Assembly (NCBI GenBank): GCA_025935925.1
Contig: JAICUI010000001.1
Span: 77,605-141,604, forward strand
DNA length: 64,000 bases
DNA from: Chloroflexota bacterium
Lineage (GTDB): Bacteria; Chloroflexota; Limnocylindria; Limnocylindrales; CSP1-4
Reading direction: 5' to 3'
The translations under genes were made by a program, and so were the position numbers. Under the pieces are notes generated by a model. The model had not been told where the DNA came from, ran no database searches, and worked only from the letters and a program-made list of their open reading frames with translations. Of this stretch, positions 19,608-28,997 are shown piece after piece (within the stretch, counting starts at the first letter, position 1; each line of letters opens with the position of its first letter).

Positions 19608-20524
19608 TGCCCGGCCTCCGGCTTCGCGGGCTGCGGCGCCTGGACCGCCTCCATGAACAGCTCCGAGAGCCGCGGCGGCTCGTAGCTGAAGCGCCGCACC
19701 TCGCCCGCCGCCTCCGCCGCGGCCAGCAGCGTGTCCAGATCCGCGGACTCGTCCACGAGCAGCTTCACCCGGTCGCCGTCGCGGTCCACCACCGTGTGGT
19801 GGTTCGTCCCGTCGAGCCACCGGCCGCCCGAGCCCGCGACCTCGACCTCCAGGTGGCGTCGCCCCGACGCGGCCTTGAGCTCGTCGATGCCGCCCGCGGC
19901 GACGACCCGGCCGCGGCTGATGATCACGACGTCCTCGCAGACGTCCTCGACGAGGTCCAGCTGGTGCGAGCTGAACACGACGCCGACGCCCTGCTCCGCG
20001 CGCTCGCGCAGGACGTCGGTCATGGTCTGGATGCCGATCGGATCCAGTCCGGAGAACGGCTCGTCGAGGACGAGGAGCTCCGGGTCGTGCACGAGCGCCG
20101 TGGCGAGCTGGACCCGCTGCTGGTTCCCGTGCGACAGGTCCTCGAGCTTCGACTTCGCGCGGTCCGCGAGGCCGAACCGCTCGAGCCACGCCATGCCCCG
20201 CGCCCGCGCGTCCCGCGCCGACAAGCCGTGATGCTGCCCGAAGTACGCGAGCTGGTCCGCGACCCGCATCCGCGGGTACAGCCCGCGCTGCTCGGGCATG
20301 TACCCGAACCGGAGCCGCGTCGCGGCGTCGATCGGCGCATCGTCCCAGCGCACCTCGCCGGAGTCGGGCGTCGCGAGCCCGAAGATGCAGCGCATCGTCG
20401 TCGTCTTGCCCGCCCCGTTGGGTCCCAGGAACCCGACGAGCCGCCCGCGGCGGGCGGTGAACGACGCACCGTCGAGGGCCGTGACGGCGCCATACCGCTT
20501 GGTCAGCCCCCGGATCTCGAGCAT
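19604..20524 (-). CDS. ABC transporter ATP-binding protein
   Basis: MLEIRGLTKRYG...GPNGAGKTTT...LSHGNQQR...LVLDEPFSGLD. Confidence 0.9.
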   Translation of the reverse strand: MLEIRGLTKRYGAVTALDGASFTARRGRLVGFLGPNGAGKTTTMRCIFGLATPDSGEVRWDDAPIDAATRLRFGYMPEQRGLYPRMRVADQLAYFGQHHGLSARDARARGMAWLERFGLADRAKSKLEDLSHGNQQRVQLATALVHDPELLVLDEPFSGLDPIGIQTMTDVLRERAEQGVGVVFSSHQLDLVEDVCEDVVIISRGRVVAAGGIDELKAASGRRHLEVEVAGSGGRWLDGTNHHTVVDRDGDRVKLLVDESADLDTLLAAAEAAGEVRRFSYEPPRLSELFMEAVQAPQPAKPEAGQ

Positions 20525-20572
20525 GCGGCCATCGTACCGGCGGCACGGCTCGCGGACCCCGGCAGCAACAGA

Positions 20573-20606
20573 CCGGCCCCGGTCCGCCGAAGCGGGCCGG
20601 GGCCGG
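20573..20606 (-). terminator. GC-rich hairpin downstream of the cupredoxin gene (10-bp stem CCGGCCCCGG/CCGGGGCCGG, no U-tract)
   Basis: Perfect inverted repeat seen in sequence. Acting as a terminator is inferred. Confidence 0.3.
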
Positions 20607-20651
20607 GGAAGGGACGCGGGACGGGTATCGGGCCCGCCGGCAGCCTCGGGG

Positions 20652-21044
20652 CTACTCGACGGTCAGCGTGCCCGTCATGTCCGGATGCACGTCACACCGG
20701 AAGAAATACGTGCCTGCCGTCAGGGCCGGCACCTGGTACACGCGCTCGCCCTGCGAGAAGATCTCGCCTTCGAACACCCGCTTCGACGTGGAGCTGTCGG
20801 TGAAGATCGACACGTTGTGCGGCGCCGTGTCCTGGTTCCTGAAGGTCATCGCGAAGGCCTTGCCGGCCGGCGCCTTGACGTCCTTGGTCTGGAACTGGAT
20901 GCCCTGGGCGACGACCACCGGCGAGTTGGCGTCGACCGCGACGGTCGGTGCCGGCGTGCCGTTCGTCTCGGCGTTGGCGGGGGCGCACGCGGCGGCCGCG
21001 AGCGCGACGGTGGCGAGCGCGAGAGTGGCGATGAGGCGCTTCAC
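20652..21044 (-). CDS. Type-1 copper (cupredoxin, amicyanin/pseudoazurin-like) lipoprotein
   Basis: GTG start with GAGGT RBS. Lipobox LAAAAC. Copper ligands are H in PHNVSI, then C-x2-H-x2-M in RCDVHPDM. Confidence 0.8.
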   Translation of the reverse strand: MKRLIATLALATVALAAAACAPANAETNGTPAPTVAVDANSPVVVAQGIQFQTKDVKAPAGKAFAMTFRNQDTAPHNVSIFTDSSTSKRVFEGEIFSQGERVYQVPALTAGTYFFRCDVHPDMTGTLTVE

Positions 21045-21123
21045 GGCGGGTTGACCTCGCAGGTGGTGATGGTCGGCCGGCACCGTGGGGGAGACGGCGC
21101 CGGCCGGAGGTGGTCGGGAGGGG

Positions 21124-21555
21124 TCAGGCGGACGCTGCGCCCTGGGCGCGCCGGGCGTTCACCCAGGCGAGGCCCGCGGCGAGCTCGCGCTTGACGACGC
21201 TGACGGGGTTCCCGTCGGCCCGCAGGAAGTCGACGACCAGGAGGACGATCAGCGCGACCTCGATGCCCTTGGCGACGTAGGCCGTCGAGTAGTACGGGCC
21301 CATGATCGCCCAGGCCGTGATGGCGGTCGCCGCGTAGCCGATGAGCCCGAGGCGGACGACCCAGCGGAACCGGACGGCCAGCGAGATCGGGGCGATCATC
21401 GCGATCGCGGCGACCACGTAGCCGATCGAGTTCAGGGTGAACAGCAGGCCGCCGAGCGTGCTGTGGATGTAGGCGGTGCCGAGCGTGAGGGCGACGATGC
21501 CGAAGCGGAGCGCGATGCCGGCGACGGTGAGGTCGCGGGACTGCGTGTCGTTCAC
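21124..21555 (-). CDS. Small 4-TM membrane protein of unknown function, upstream partner of the cupredoxin
   Basis: GGAGGA RBS 4 nt before the GTG at 21553-21555. 143 aa, VNDTQSRDLTVAGIALRFGIVALTLGTAYIHS... The 5' part of the 756-aa ORF is antisense to the kinase gene. Confidence 0.6.
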   Translation of the reverse strand: MNDTQSRDLTVAGIALRFGIVALTLGTAYIHSTLGGLLFTLNSIGYVVAAIAMIAPISLAVRFRWVVRLGLIGYAATAITAWAIMGPYYSTAYVAKGIEVALIVLLVVDFLRADGNPVSVVKRELAAGLAWVNARRAQGAASA

Positions 21556-21807
21556 GTGATCCTCCGGTGGGTGCTGACGTGCGGTTGTGGTTGGCGGTCC
21601 TTCCGTCCCGGCGGGGTGCCGGTGACGCCATGAACCGTAGGTGGGGACCCCTGGCCGCCGGTGCGGACGCGGGTCGTCACGCGGCCCCGACGAACGCCGG
21701 CGTCGCGTGGCGCCTGGAGTGGGTATGCGCCCTCGCCGGGTGTCCATCCCGGGCGCGACGCATGACGTACGCCGCAGCGTGGAGCCGCGGGTAGACTCGA
21801 CCGTCCG

Positions 21808-24800
21808 ATGACCGTCTCGCCGCCGCCCTCGACCGGGCAGCCACCCGAGCGCCCCTCCGCGTCCGGGCCGGACGCCTCGACCGGCGCTCCGCTCGTCCCG
21901 GGCCGGCCCGCCGTCGAGGTCCGCGAGGCGCCCAACGTCGACGACCTGCGCCGGTACGCCGTCGAGGAGGCGGCGCGGCTGCTGTCGGCCGACGGCGCGA
22001 TCCTCTATCTGCTCGACCCGGCGACGGGCCGGCTCCGCTTCACGCACGACGCGGGGATCAACGCGATCGGGCCCGACCACTGGATCCGGAGCGAGGAGTT
22101 GCCGATGGGCGTCGGCCTGTTCGGCCGTGCCGTGGCGGACCGGCGGGTCGTGGTGACCGGTGACTACGCCGCGGACCCCTCGTTCGTGCACGGCGAGAAC
22201 ACCGATCGCTTCGTCGAGGAAGTCGGGATCCGGTCGCTCGTCGTGGCGCCGATGGTCGTCGGCGACACGGTGTTCGGGGCGCTCGGGACGTTCTCCACGG
22301 AGCGCGACGCGGTCGCGGCACCGCAGGTCGGCCTCGTGCGGGCGCTCGCCGACCACGCGGCCCTTGCGATGGCCAACGCGCGGCTCATCGACGAGCTCGC
22401 GCGGTCCCAGGAGGCGCTCGCCCGGCAGGCCGACGTCGAACGCTCGCTGCGCGAGCTGGGCACCCGCATCTCGGGCGCCCGGGAGCCCGCCGTCGTCGTC
22501 CAGAGCACGATCGACGAGGCGCTCCGGCTGCTCGAGGGCGACGGCGCCCGGATCGACATCGTCGACCCCGAGGTGCGGCTGCTGCGCGGCCTCTACTCGG
22601 CGGGCGAGGAGTACATCACCCCGGCCGAATGGCCGGACGACCCGGACGACACGCTCGACACCGGGGCTTCCGGCCGCGCCGTGACGACGGGCGAGACGGT
22701 GATCCTCGGCGACTACCTCACGGACCCGACGATCGTCCACGGCCACGGCCCGGACACCTACGCGCGGAGCAAGGGGATCGCCGGCGTCATCGCGACGCCG
22801 CTCATCGGCGACCAGGGGCCGTTCGGTGCGATCACCGTGTGGTCGACCCGCCGCGACGCGTTCGGCCCGACCCACGCCCGCCTGCTCGAGACCATCGCCG
22901 GGCAGGCGTCGGTCGCCCTCGGTCGCGCCCGCCTCATCGAGGAGCTGAACCGCTCGCGCGAAGCGCTTGCCCGCCGCGCGGAGGAGGAGCGCGCGCTGCG
23001 CGAGATCGGGAGCCGGCTGGGCGTCCTCGCCGAGCAGCCCGGCGACGTCCTGCTGCGCATCGTGCACGAGGGCGCCCGGCTGCTCGGCGCGCAGCGCGCA
23101 CGGCTCGACCTCCTGGAGCCGCTGTCGGGCGCGATGCTCTGGGCCTACCCGAAGGACTTCCCGTTCACCGATCGAGTCGAGATGGAACCCGCGCCGGACG
23201 GCGGGCCGGTCGGCATCGCGGCCTTCGCGATCCGGGAGGGCCGGCCGGTCGCGTCGGACGACTACCTCGCCGACACGCGCTTCAGCCACTACGACGAGGG
23301 CGACCAGGCGGTCCGCGACCACGAGCTGCGATCGGTGCTCGCCGCGCCGGTGATCGGCGAGGACGGGTTGCTCGGCATCCTCCAGGCCGGACACCGCGAC
23401 GCCGGCGCGTTCGGCGACGAGGAGCTGCGGCTCATCGGCTCCCTCGCGGGGCTCGCGTCGATCGCCGTGACCAACGCCCGCCTCGCGGACCGGCTCGCGG
23501 CCTCACAGGGCGCCCTTGAGCGCACGGCCGACAGCGAGCGGGCGCTGCGCGAGATCGCGCGCCGCATGATGACGACCCAGGAGCCCGCGCGTCTCCTGCA
23601 GGACGTGACCGAGGAGGCGGCGCGGCTGCTCGGCAGCTCGGGCGCGGCGATCCAGCTCCTCGACCCGGCGTCCGGCGACGTCCGCTGGGCGCACAGCGCG
23701 GGCATCGACGCCGCCCTCCGCCGCCAGCTGAACGAGCACGACGCCGTCACCGATGGCGCGCGGGCGGCGATCCGCGGCCGGAGGGTCGTCCTGACGCCCG
23801 ACTACGCCGCCGACGACCGCTTCCCCGACGGCGCCCGCCATCGCGAGTTCCTGGAGCGGGCCGGGATCCGGTCCGTCGCCTTCGCGCCGATGGTGGGCGA
23901 GGCGACCGTGCTCGGGACGCTCGCGGTGTTCGCGCGGGAGCCGGGACAGTTCGGCCAGGCGGAGGGCGACCTGCTCGCGGCGCTCGCGGACCTCGCCGCC
24001 ATCGCGATCCACAACTCGGAGCTGATCCGCGAGCTCGGGCGGTCCCGCGAGGAGACCGCGCGCCGCGCCGAGACCGAGCGCTCGCTGCGCGAGATCGCCG
24101 CGCGGGTCACCTCGATCCGCGACACCGAGACGATCCTCGGGCTGATCGTGGACGAGGCGCGCCGCGTCCTCGGGTCGGACGGCGCGCACCTGACGCGGAT
24201 GGACGAGTCGCGGACGTTCCTGATGCCGGTCGTCGTCATCGGCGGCGCCGACGAGGAGACCGACGACTGGCTGCGCGGGATGCAGTTCCCGATCGACGGC
24301 GGGATCAACGGCCTCGCGGCCGGGCAGGGCCGCGTCGTGTGGACGCCGAACTACGCGCTGGACCCGCGCATCCCGCGCGAGGACGACGACCTCGCCGTCG
24401 CCCGCCGGCTCGAGCTCGGTGCGATGGCCGCCGCCCCGCTGCGTGCCCCCGGCGGCGAGGTGATCGGCACGCTCGCCGTGAGCTACCGGGAGACCGGCCC
24501 GATCTCAGGCGACCGCCTCGCGACGCTGCAGGCCCTCGCCGACCACGCCGCCATCGCCCTCTCGAACTCGGACCTGCTGGCCCGCGTCGAGGCGTCCGAG
24601 GAGCGCTACCGCGGCCTCGTCCAGTCGTCGCCGGACCTCATCTTCGAGATGAACGCCGACGGCGTGTACACGTTCTACTCGGACCGCACCGAGGAGGTCA
24701 TCGGGTGGCGCCCCGACGAGCTCGTCGGGCACGCCTTCGGCGAGTTCATCGATATGTCGGCGTTCCCGCAGGCCGGCACGCGGCTCGCCGAGATCGCCGC

Positions 24801-27132
24801 CAACCCGGGCAAGCCCTCGACCGACCGCCTGCTGATCCGCCACAAGGCCGGCTACACGATGCCGTTCGAGGTGAGCGTCGTCGGACAGGTGGATGACGAC
24901 GGCCGGCTCGAGGCGATCCGCGGGGTCGCGAGAGACATCGGCGAGCGGGAGCGGCTGGAGCGCGAGCTGCGCGCGTCCGAGGCCCGCTACCGGTTCCTCG
25001 TCGAGAACGCGCCGGACGTCGTGTTCAGCATCGATGCCGAGACGCGGTTCACGTTCATCTCGGACACGATCGAGCGGATGACCGGGTTCCGCCCCGACGA
25101 GCTCGTCGGCGAGTCGTTCACCAGGATCATCAGCGAGGACACGCTGTCGATCGCGTTCGAGCGCTGGGACGCGCTGCAGGGCGACCCCGGCCAGTCGCAG
25201 GTCCTCCGCCTCCAGCTGCTGCGCAAGGACGGCAACGGGACGGTGCCGGTCGAGGTCAACTCGATCGCGTCGACCGATGCCGAGGGCAACTTCGCGGGCG
25301 CGCACGGCTCGACCCGCGACATCAGCGAGCGCGAGCGCCTCGAGGACGAGCTGCGCGCGAGCGAGGAGCGCTACCGCTCGGTGATCCAGTCGTCGCCGGA
25401 CCTGATCTGGGCGACGAACCGCGTCGGCCGCTACGTGTTCGTGAGCGACCGCGTCCGCGACCTGCTCGGCTGGGAGCCCGAGGACGTGCTCGGCCAGCCG
25501 TTCCGCGACTTCGTGAGCGACGCGTCGGTCACGGCGGCGAACGAGGAATGGGCGAGGCTCGCCCAGGAGCCGGGGGTCACGAAGACCCAGCGCCTCGACC
25601 TCCGCCACCGGGACGGGTCGCTGCGCCCGTTCGAGGTCTCGTCCGTCGCCGTGGTCCGCGACGGCGAGGTCGAGAACGTCTACGGCATCGCCCGCGACGT
25701 CGCCGAGCGCGAGCGCCTGGAGCAGGAGCTGCGGGCGAGCGAGGAGCGCTACCGGTTCCTCGTCGAGAACTCGCCGGACGTCATCTACGCCACCGACGCC
25801 GAGGGGATGGTCACGTACTTCTCGGAGTCCGTCGAACGGACGCTCGGCTGGCAGCCGAGCGAGGTGATCGGCCGCCACTTCCGGGACATCGTGCGGACGC
25901 CGGACGGCATCCCGGCCGGCCACCGCTTCCGGGAGCTCGCCGAGGGCCGCCCCGCGCTCATCACGCGGATGGAGCTGCTCGCGAAGAACGGCGAGTTCGT
26001 GCCGTTCGAGGTCACGGCGGCCGGGATGCGCGTCGACGGCGAGTTCTCGGGCGTGCACGGGTCGGCTCGCGACGTGCGCGAGCGAGAGCGCCTCGAGGCC
26101 GAGCTGCGCGAGTCCGAGGAGCGCTATCGGTACCTCGTCCAGGCGTCGCCCGACCTCGTGTGGATGACCGACGCGGACGGCAGGTTCACGTTCGTCTCGG
26201 ACCAGGCGGATCAGCTGCTCGGCTGGCCGGCGGAGGAGCTGATCGGCCAGTCGTTCGCGGAGCTCGCGCCGGCCAACGCGACCCGCGGGGCGCTGGCGCG
26301 CTTCAGGTGGCTGCAGCGCCGGCCGACCGAGGTCCACCGCTCCCGGATGCGGGTCCGTGCGCACGACGGCCGCGAGCTCGAGATGGAGATCACCGGGATC
26401 GGCATGCTCGGCGCCGACGGCTCGTTCATCGGCGCCCACGGCGCCGCGCGCGACGTCAGCGAGCGCGAACGGCTCGAGCGGGGACTGCGGCGTCAGGCCG
26501 CGGAGCTCGCGTCGTCCGAGGAGCGTGCGCACCTCGCCCGCGAGCTCCACGACTCCGTGACCCAGGCGCTGTTCTCGATGACGCTCATCTCGCGCTCGAT
26601 CGAGCTGCTGCTGGACCGCGACCCCGCCGCCGTCCCGGCCAAGCTCGCGTCGCTGCGCGAGCTCCAGCGGGAGGCGCTGGGCGAGATGCGCGCGCTGATC
26701 TTCGAGCTGCGGCCGGGCAACGTCGAGGAGCACGGCCTGATCCAGGCGCTCCGCACGCACTCGGCGTCCCTGTCGGGCCGCATCGGGCTCCCCGTCGTGG
26801 TCGAGGGCGAGCTTCCCGAGCGCCCGTCGATCGCGACCGAGGAGACGCTCTACCGCATCGCCCAGGAGGCCCTCCACAACGTCGTCAAGCACGCGGGTGC
26901 CCGCGAGGTGCGGCTCGACGTGGATCGCGTCGCCGAGGGCGTCAGGGTGCGCGTCGCGGACGACGGCCGGGGCTTCGATCCCGCCTCGGTGCCGGACGGG
27001 CACCTGGGTCTCGCCGGGATGCGCGCACGCGCCGAACGGCTCGGCGGGACCCTCGTGGTCGACGCCGCACCGGGGCGGGGAACGACGATCGTGGTCGTGG
27101 TCCCGAGCTCGCCCGCCGACGCGTCCGGGTAG
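21808..27132 (+). CDS. Giant sensor histidine kinase: about 5 GAF and about 5 PAS domains, HisKA_3, HATPase_c (NarL-type kinase)
   Basis: 1774 aa. Recurring linker ARLIDEL..SQEAL.R....ER.LREI precedes each GAF. ELRASEERYRFLVENAPDV precedes each PAS. H-box ELHDSVTQ. Ends with a GxGxG ATPase domain. Confidence 0.9.
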   Translation: MTVSPPPSTGQPPERPSASGPDASTGAPLVPGRPAVEVREAPNVDDLRRYAVEEAARLLSADGAILYLLDPATGRLRFTHDAGINAIGPDHWIRSEELPMGVGLFGRAVADRRVVVTGDYAADPSFVHGENTDRFVEEVGIRSLVVAPMVVGDTVFGALGTFSTERDAVAAPQVGLVRALADHAALAMANARLIDELARSQEALARQADVERSLRELGTRISGAREPAVVVQSTIDEALRLLEGDGARIDIVDPEVRLLRGLYSAGEEYITPAEWPDDPDDTLDTGASGRAVTTGETVILGDYLTDPTIVHGHGPDTYARSKGIAGVIATPLIGDQGPFGAITVWSTRRDAFGPTHARLLETIAGQASVALGRARLIEELNRSREALARRAEEERALREIGSRLGVLAEQPGDVLLRIVHEGARLLGAQRARLDLLEPLSGAMLWAYPKDFPFTDRVEMEPAPDGGPVGIAAFAIREGRPVASDDYLADTRFSHYDEGDQAVRDHELRSVLAAPVIGEDGLLGILQAGHRDAGAFGDEELRLIGSLAGLASIAVTNARLADRLAASQGALERTADSERALREIARRMMTTQEPARLLQDVTEEAARLLGSSGAAIQLLDPASGDVRWAHSAGIDAALRRQLNEHDAVTDGARAAIRGRRVVLTPDYAADDRFPDGARHREFLERAGIRSVAFAPMVGEATVLGTLAVFAREPGQFGQAEGDLLAALADLAAIAIHNSELIRELGRSREETARRAETERSLREIAARVTSIRDTETILGLIVDEARRVLGSDGAHLTRMDESRTFLMPVVVIGGADEETDDWLRGMQFPIDGGINGLAAGQGRVVWTPNYALDPRIPREDDDLAVARRLELGAMAAAPLRAPGGEVIGTLAVSYRETGPISGDRLATLQALADHAAIALSNSDLLARVEASEERYRGLVQSSPDLIFEMNADGVYTFYSDRTEEVIGWRPDELVGHAFGEFIDMSAFPQAGTRLAEIAANPGKPSTDRLLIRHKAGYTMPFEVSVVGQVDDDGRLEAIRGVARDIGERERLERELRASEARYRFLVENAPDVVFSIDAETRFTFISDTIERMTGFRPDELVGESFTRIISEDTLSIAFERWDALQGDPGQSQVLRLQLLRKDGNGTVPVEVNSIASTDAEGNFAGAHGSTRDISERERLEDELRASEERYRSVIQSSPDLIWATNRVGRYVFVSDRVRDLLGWEPEDVLGQPFRDFVSDASVTAANEEWARLAQEPGVTKTQRLDLRHRDGSLRPFEVSSVAVVRDGEVENVYGIARDVAERERLEQELRASEERYRFLVENSPDVIYATDAEGMVTYFSESVERTLGWQPSEVIGRHFRDIVRTPDGIPAGHRFRELAEGRPALITRMELLAKNGEFVPFEVTAAGMRVDGEFSGVHGSARDVRERERLEAELRESEERYRYLVQASPDLVWMTDADGRFTFVSDQADQLLGWPAEELIGQSFAELAPANATRGALARFRWLQRRPTEVHRSRMRVRAHDGRELEMEITGIGMLGADGSFIGAHGAARDVSERERLERGLRRQAAELASSEERAHLARELHDSVTQALFSMTLISRSIELLLDRDPAAVPAKLASLRELQREALGEMRALIFELRPGNVEEHGLIQALRTHSASLSGRIGLPVVVEGELPERPSIATEETLYRIAQEALHNVVKHAGAREVRLDVDRVAEGVRVRVADDGRGFDPASVPDGHLGLAGMRARAERLGGTLVVDAAPGRGTTIVVVVPSSPADASG

Positions 27133-27272
27133 CGCCCGCGGGACGCCCGCCGTCGGCGCCGACAGGCACCTCGCGCGCCCAGGTCCCCGTTCCGGGTACG
27201 TCATCTGTCGCGCACGGGATGCGGCGATCATCGCTGTTCGACCACGCTGAACACTCGGCACCATCGGGTCCC

Positions 27273-27758
27273 ATGTCCGATGCATCGACCGGCGCCGCCG
27301 CCGAGGCCGCCACTCCCCATCCCGAGCCGGCCGCCGGCACGCTGCGGCTCCTCGTGGTCGATGCCGACGACCGGACGCGCGAGAGCATCGTCGGCCTGTT
27401 GCGGACCCGCCACCGGTTCGACGTCGTGGCGAGCGCGGGCCACGCGGGCGCGGCCATCGCGCTGATCCGGGAGCACCGGCCGGATGTCGTCATCGTCGAT
27501 CCGCGGCTGCCGGAGCTGCCCGACGGCATCGCGCTCATCCGACGCCTGCGGACGATCGCGCCGGCGGCGCGGATCCTCACGCTCGGCTGGTCGCCCGAGC
27601 TCGATGCGGACGCCCGCGCGGCGGGGGCAGACGGTTTCCTGCGCAAGACCTTCAAGCCGGCCGAGCTCACCGCCGCCGTCGAGCGCTGTCTCGACGCGTC
27701 GGCAGGGTCCGACGACGCCCCGGCCGCCCGGCCGTCCGGGGCGGGCCTGATCCTCTAG
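27273..27758 (+). CDS. Stand-alone response-regulator receiver (REC) domain protein
   Basis: LRLLVVDADDRTRESIV...DVVIVDPRLPE...LRKTFKP, about 160 aa with no output domain. Confidence 0.8.
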   Translation: MSDASTGAAAEAATPHPEPAAGTLRLLVVDADDRTRESIVGLLRTRHRFDVVASAGHAGAAIALIREHRPDVVIVDPRLPELPDGIALIRRLRTIAPAARILTLGWSPELDADARAAGADGFLRKTFKPAELTAAVERCLDASAGSDDAPAARPSGAGLIL

Positions 27759-27772
27759 GGAGTAGACTGCGA

Positions 27773-28495
27773 ATGCGATCTGCCCTCGCGGCCGGACCCC
27801 ACACGGCCGCCCAGCATCCCGGAGACCCCACGGTGGACGACACCGCGCCGCGCATCCGCGTGCTCCTCGTCGACGACCACGCCGTCGTCCGCATGGGGCT
27901 GCGCGCCTTCTTCGACCTCCTGGACGACATCGAGGTCGTGGGCGAGGCGTCCGACGGGTCCGAGGGCGTGGCGATGGCCCGCCGGCTGACCCCCGACGTC
28001 GTGCTGATGGACCTCCTGATGCCGAACATGGACGGCGTGACCGCGATCGGCCGGATCAAGGCCGAGCTCCCCGAGACGGAGATCGTCACGATGACGAGCT
28101 TCATCGAGGAGGAGAAGGTCACGGCCGCGCTCGAGGCCGGTGCCTCGGGCTACGTGCTGAAGGACGCCGAGGCCGAGGAGGTCGCCCAGGCCATCCGCGC
28201 CGCGTACGCCGGCGAGGTCCACCTCGACCCCCAGGTCGCGCGGATGCTCGCGCAGCGGATGCGCCAGCGCAAGGAGCCGGAGCCCGTCGAGCCGCTGACG
28301 GACCGCGAGAAGGACGTGATGCGCCTCCTCGGCCAGGGGATGTCCAACAAGGAGATCGGCGCCGAGCTGTTCATCACCGAGCGGACCGCGCGCACCTACG
28401 TCTCCAACATCCTCGGCAAGCTCGGCCTCGCGTCGCGGACGCAGGCGGCGCTGTGGGCCGTGGAGCACAAGCTGGCCGAGCCGGCCAAGAACTAG
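27773..28495 (+). CDS. NarL/LuxR family two-component response regulator
   Basis: REC (VLLVDDHAVVRMGL...DVVLMDLLMPNMDG) plus LuxR HTH (LTDREKDVMRLLGQGMSNKEIGAELFITERTARTY). Confidence 0.9.
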   Translation: MRSALAAGPHTAAQHPGDPTVDDTAPRIRVLLVDDHAVVRMGLRAFFDLLDDIEVVGEASDGSEGVAMARRLTPDVVLMDLLMPNMDGVTAIGRIKAELPETEIVTMTSFIEEEKVTAALEAGASGYVLKDAEAEEVAQAIRAAYAGEVHLDPQVARMLAQRMRQRKEPEPVEPLTDREKDVMRLLGQGMSNKEIGAELFITERTARTYVSNILGKLGLASRTQAALWAVEHKLAEPAKN

Positions 28496-28646
28496 CTCCG
28501 CTCCCGTACGCCGGACGACGTACCCGATTCGTCGACCGTCGTCCATCCCGCCCGACCACCACCGACGGTCGTGCGCGCGCCGAGCGGGGCGCATCGTCTC
28601 CTCACCGGACCCGACCACCGGGCCACGGAGAAAGGAGACCACCGAG

Positions 28647-28811
28647 ATGTTCGGCACCCTCAACCTGGACCTGGCCAAGCGCCACCAGCACGACCTCCGC
28701 GTCGAAGCGGATCAGCGTCGCCTGGCCGCGAAGGTCAACCTCGCCAGCGAGCCCAAGGCTTCCGGCCCGACGCGCCGCGTCTTCGGCCTCCGGCTCTCGC
28801 CCGCGCAGTAA
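28647..28811 (+). CDS. 54-aa hypothetical protein with a near-perfect Shine-Dalgarno
   Basis: GAAAGGAGAC lies 7 nt before the ATG. Sequence MFGTLNLDLAKRHQHDLRVEADQRRLAAKVNLASEPKASGPTRRVFGLRLSPAQ. Followed by a strong hairpin terminator. Missing from the ORF track because it is under 60 aa. Confidence 0.45.
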   Translation: MFGTLNLDLAKRHQHDLRVEADQRRLAAKVNLASEPKASGPTRRVFGLRLSPAQ

Positions 28812-28818
28812 GCCCACG

Positions 28819-28857
28819 CGAACCGGCGGTGATCAGGCCGCCGGTTCGTTGATTCTC
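28819..28857 (+). terminator. Intrinsic terminator: 11-bp perfect stem CGAACCGGCGG-tgatcag-CCGCCGGTTCG followed by TTGATTCTC
   Basis: Seen directly: perfect inverted repeat plus a T-rich tail, 8 nt after the small-ORF stop. Confidence 0.55.
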
Positions 28858-28956
28858 GCCGCGTTCTCGGCGCACGGCCGCCGGAAGACGGTTCCTGATG
28901 CGATGCCACTCTCGTCATCAGCTGCCAGGAGTCGGCCCGGCAAGGGTCCGTGCGGT

Positions 28957-28997
28957 GATGCGGCGAGTGTCATCGCTGCCGGGAAGCCTTCCCGCGG
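28957..28997. repeat. Copy B of the ~40-bp conserved element: GATGCGGCGAGTGTCATCGCTGCCGGGAAGCCTTCCC
   Basis: Matches 4579-4618. Contains palindrome GGGAAG-c-CTTCCC. Directly abuts the stop codon of the GreA-domain gene. Confidence 0.5.

Noticed and set aside
21556-23394. Upstream 610 aa of the 756-aa minus-strand ORF
   Set aside because: Antisense to the GAF region of the sensor kinase. Only the last 143 codons (4-TM protein with GGAGGA-GTG start) look like a real gene.
27180-27260. GCGATCATCGC 11-bp palindrome upstream of the REC gene
   Set aside because: Single short palindrome with no supporting -35/-10 context. Possible operator but unsupported.
24505-27285. 926-aa minus-strand ORF
   Set aside because: Antisense to the PAS/HisKA region of the kinase. 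No recognisable motifs.
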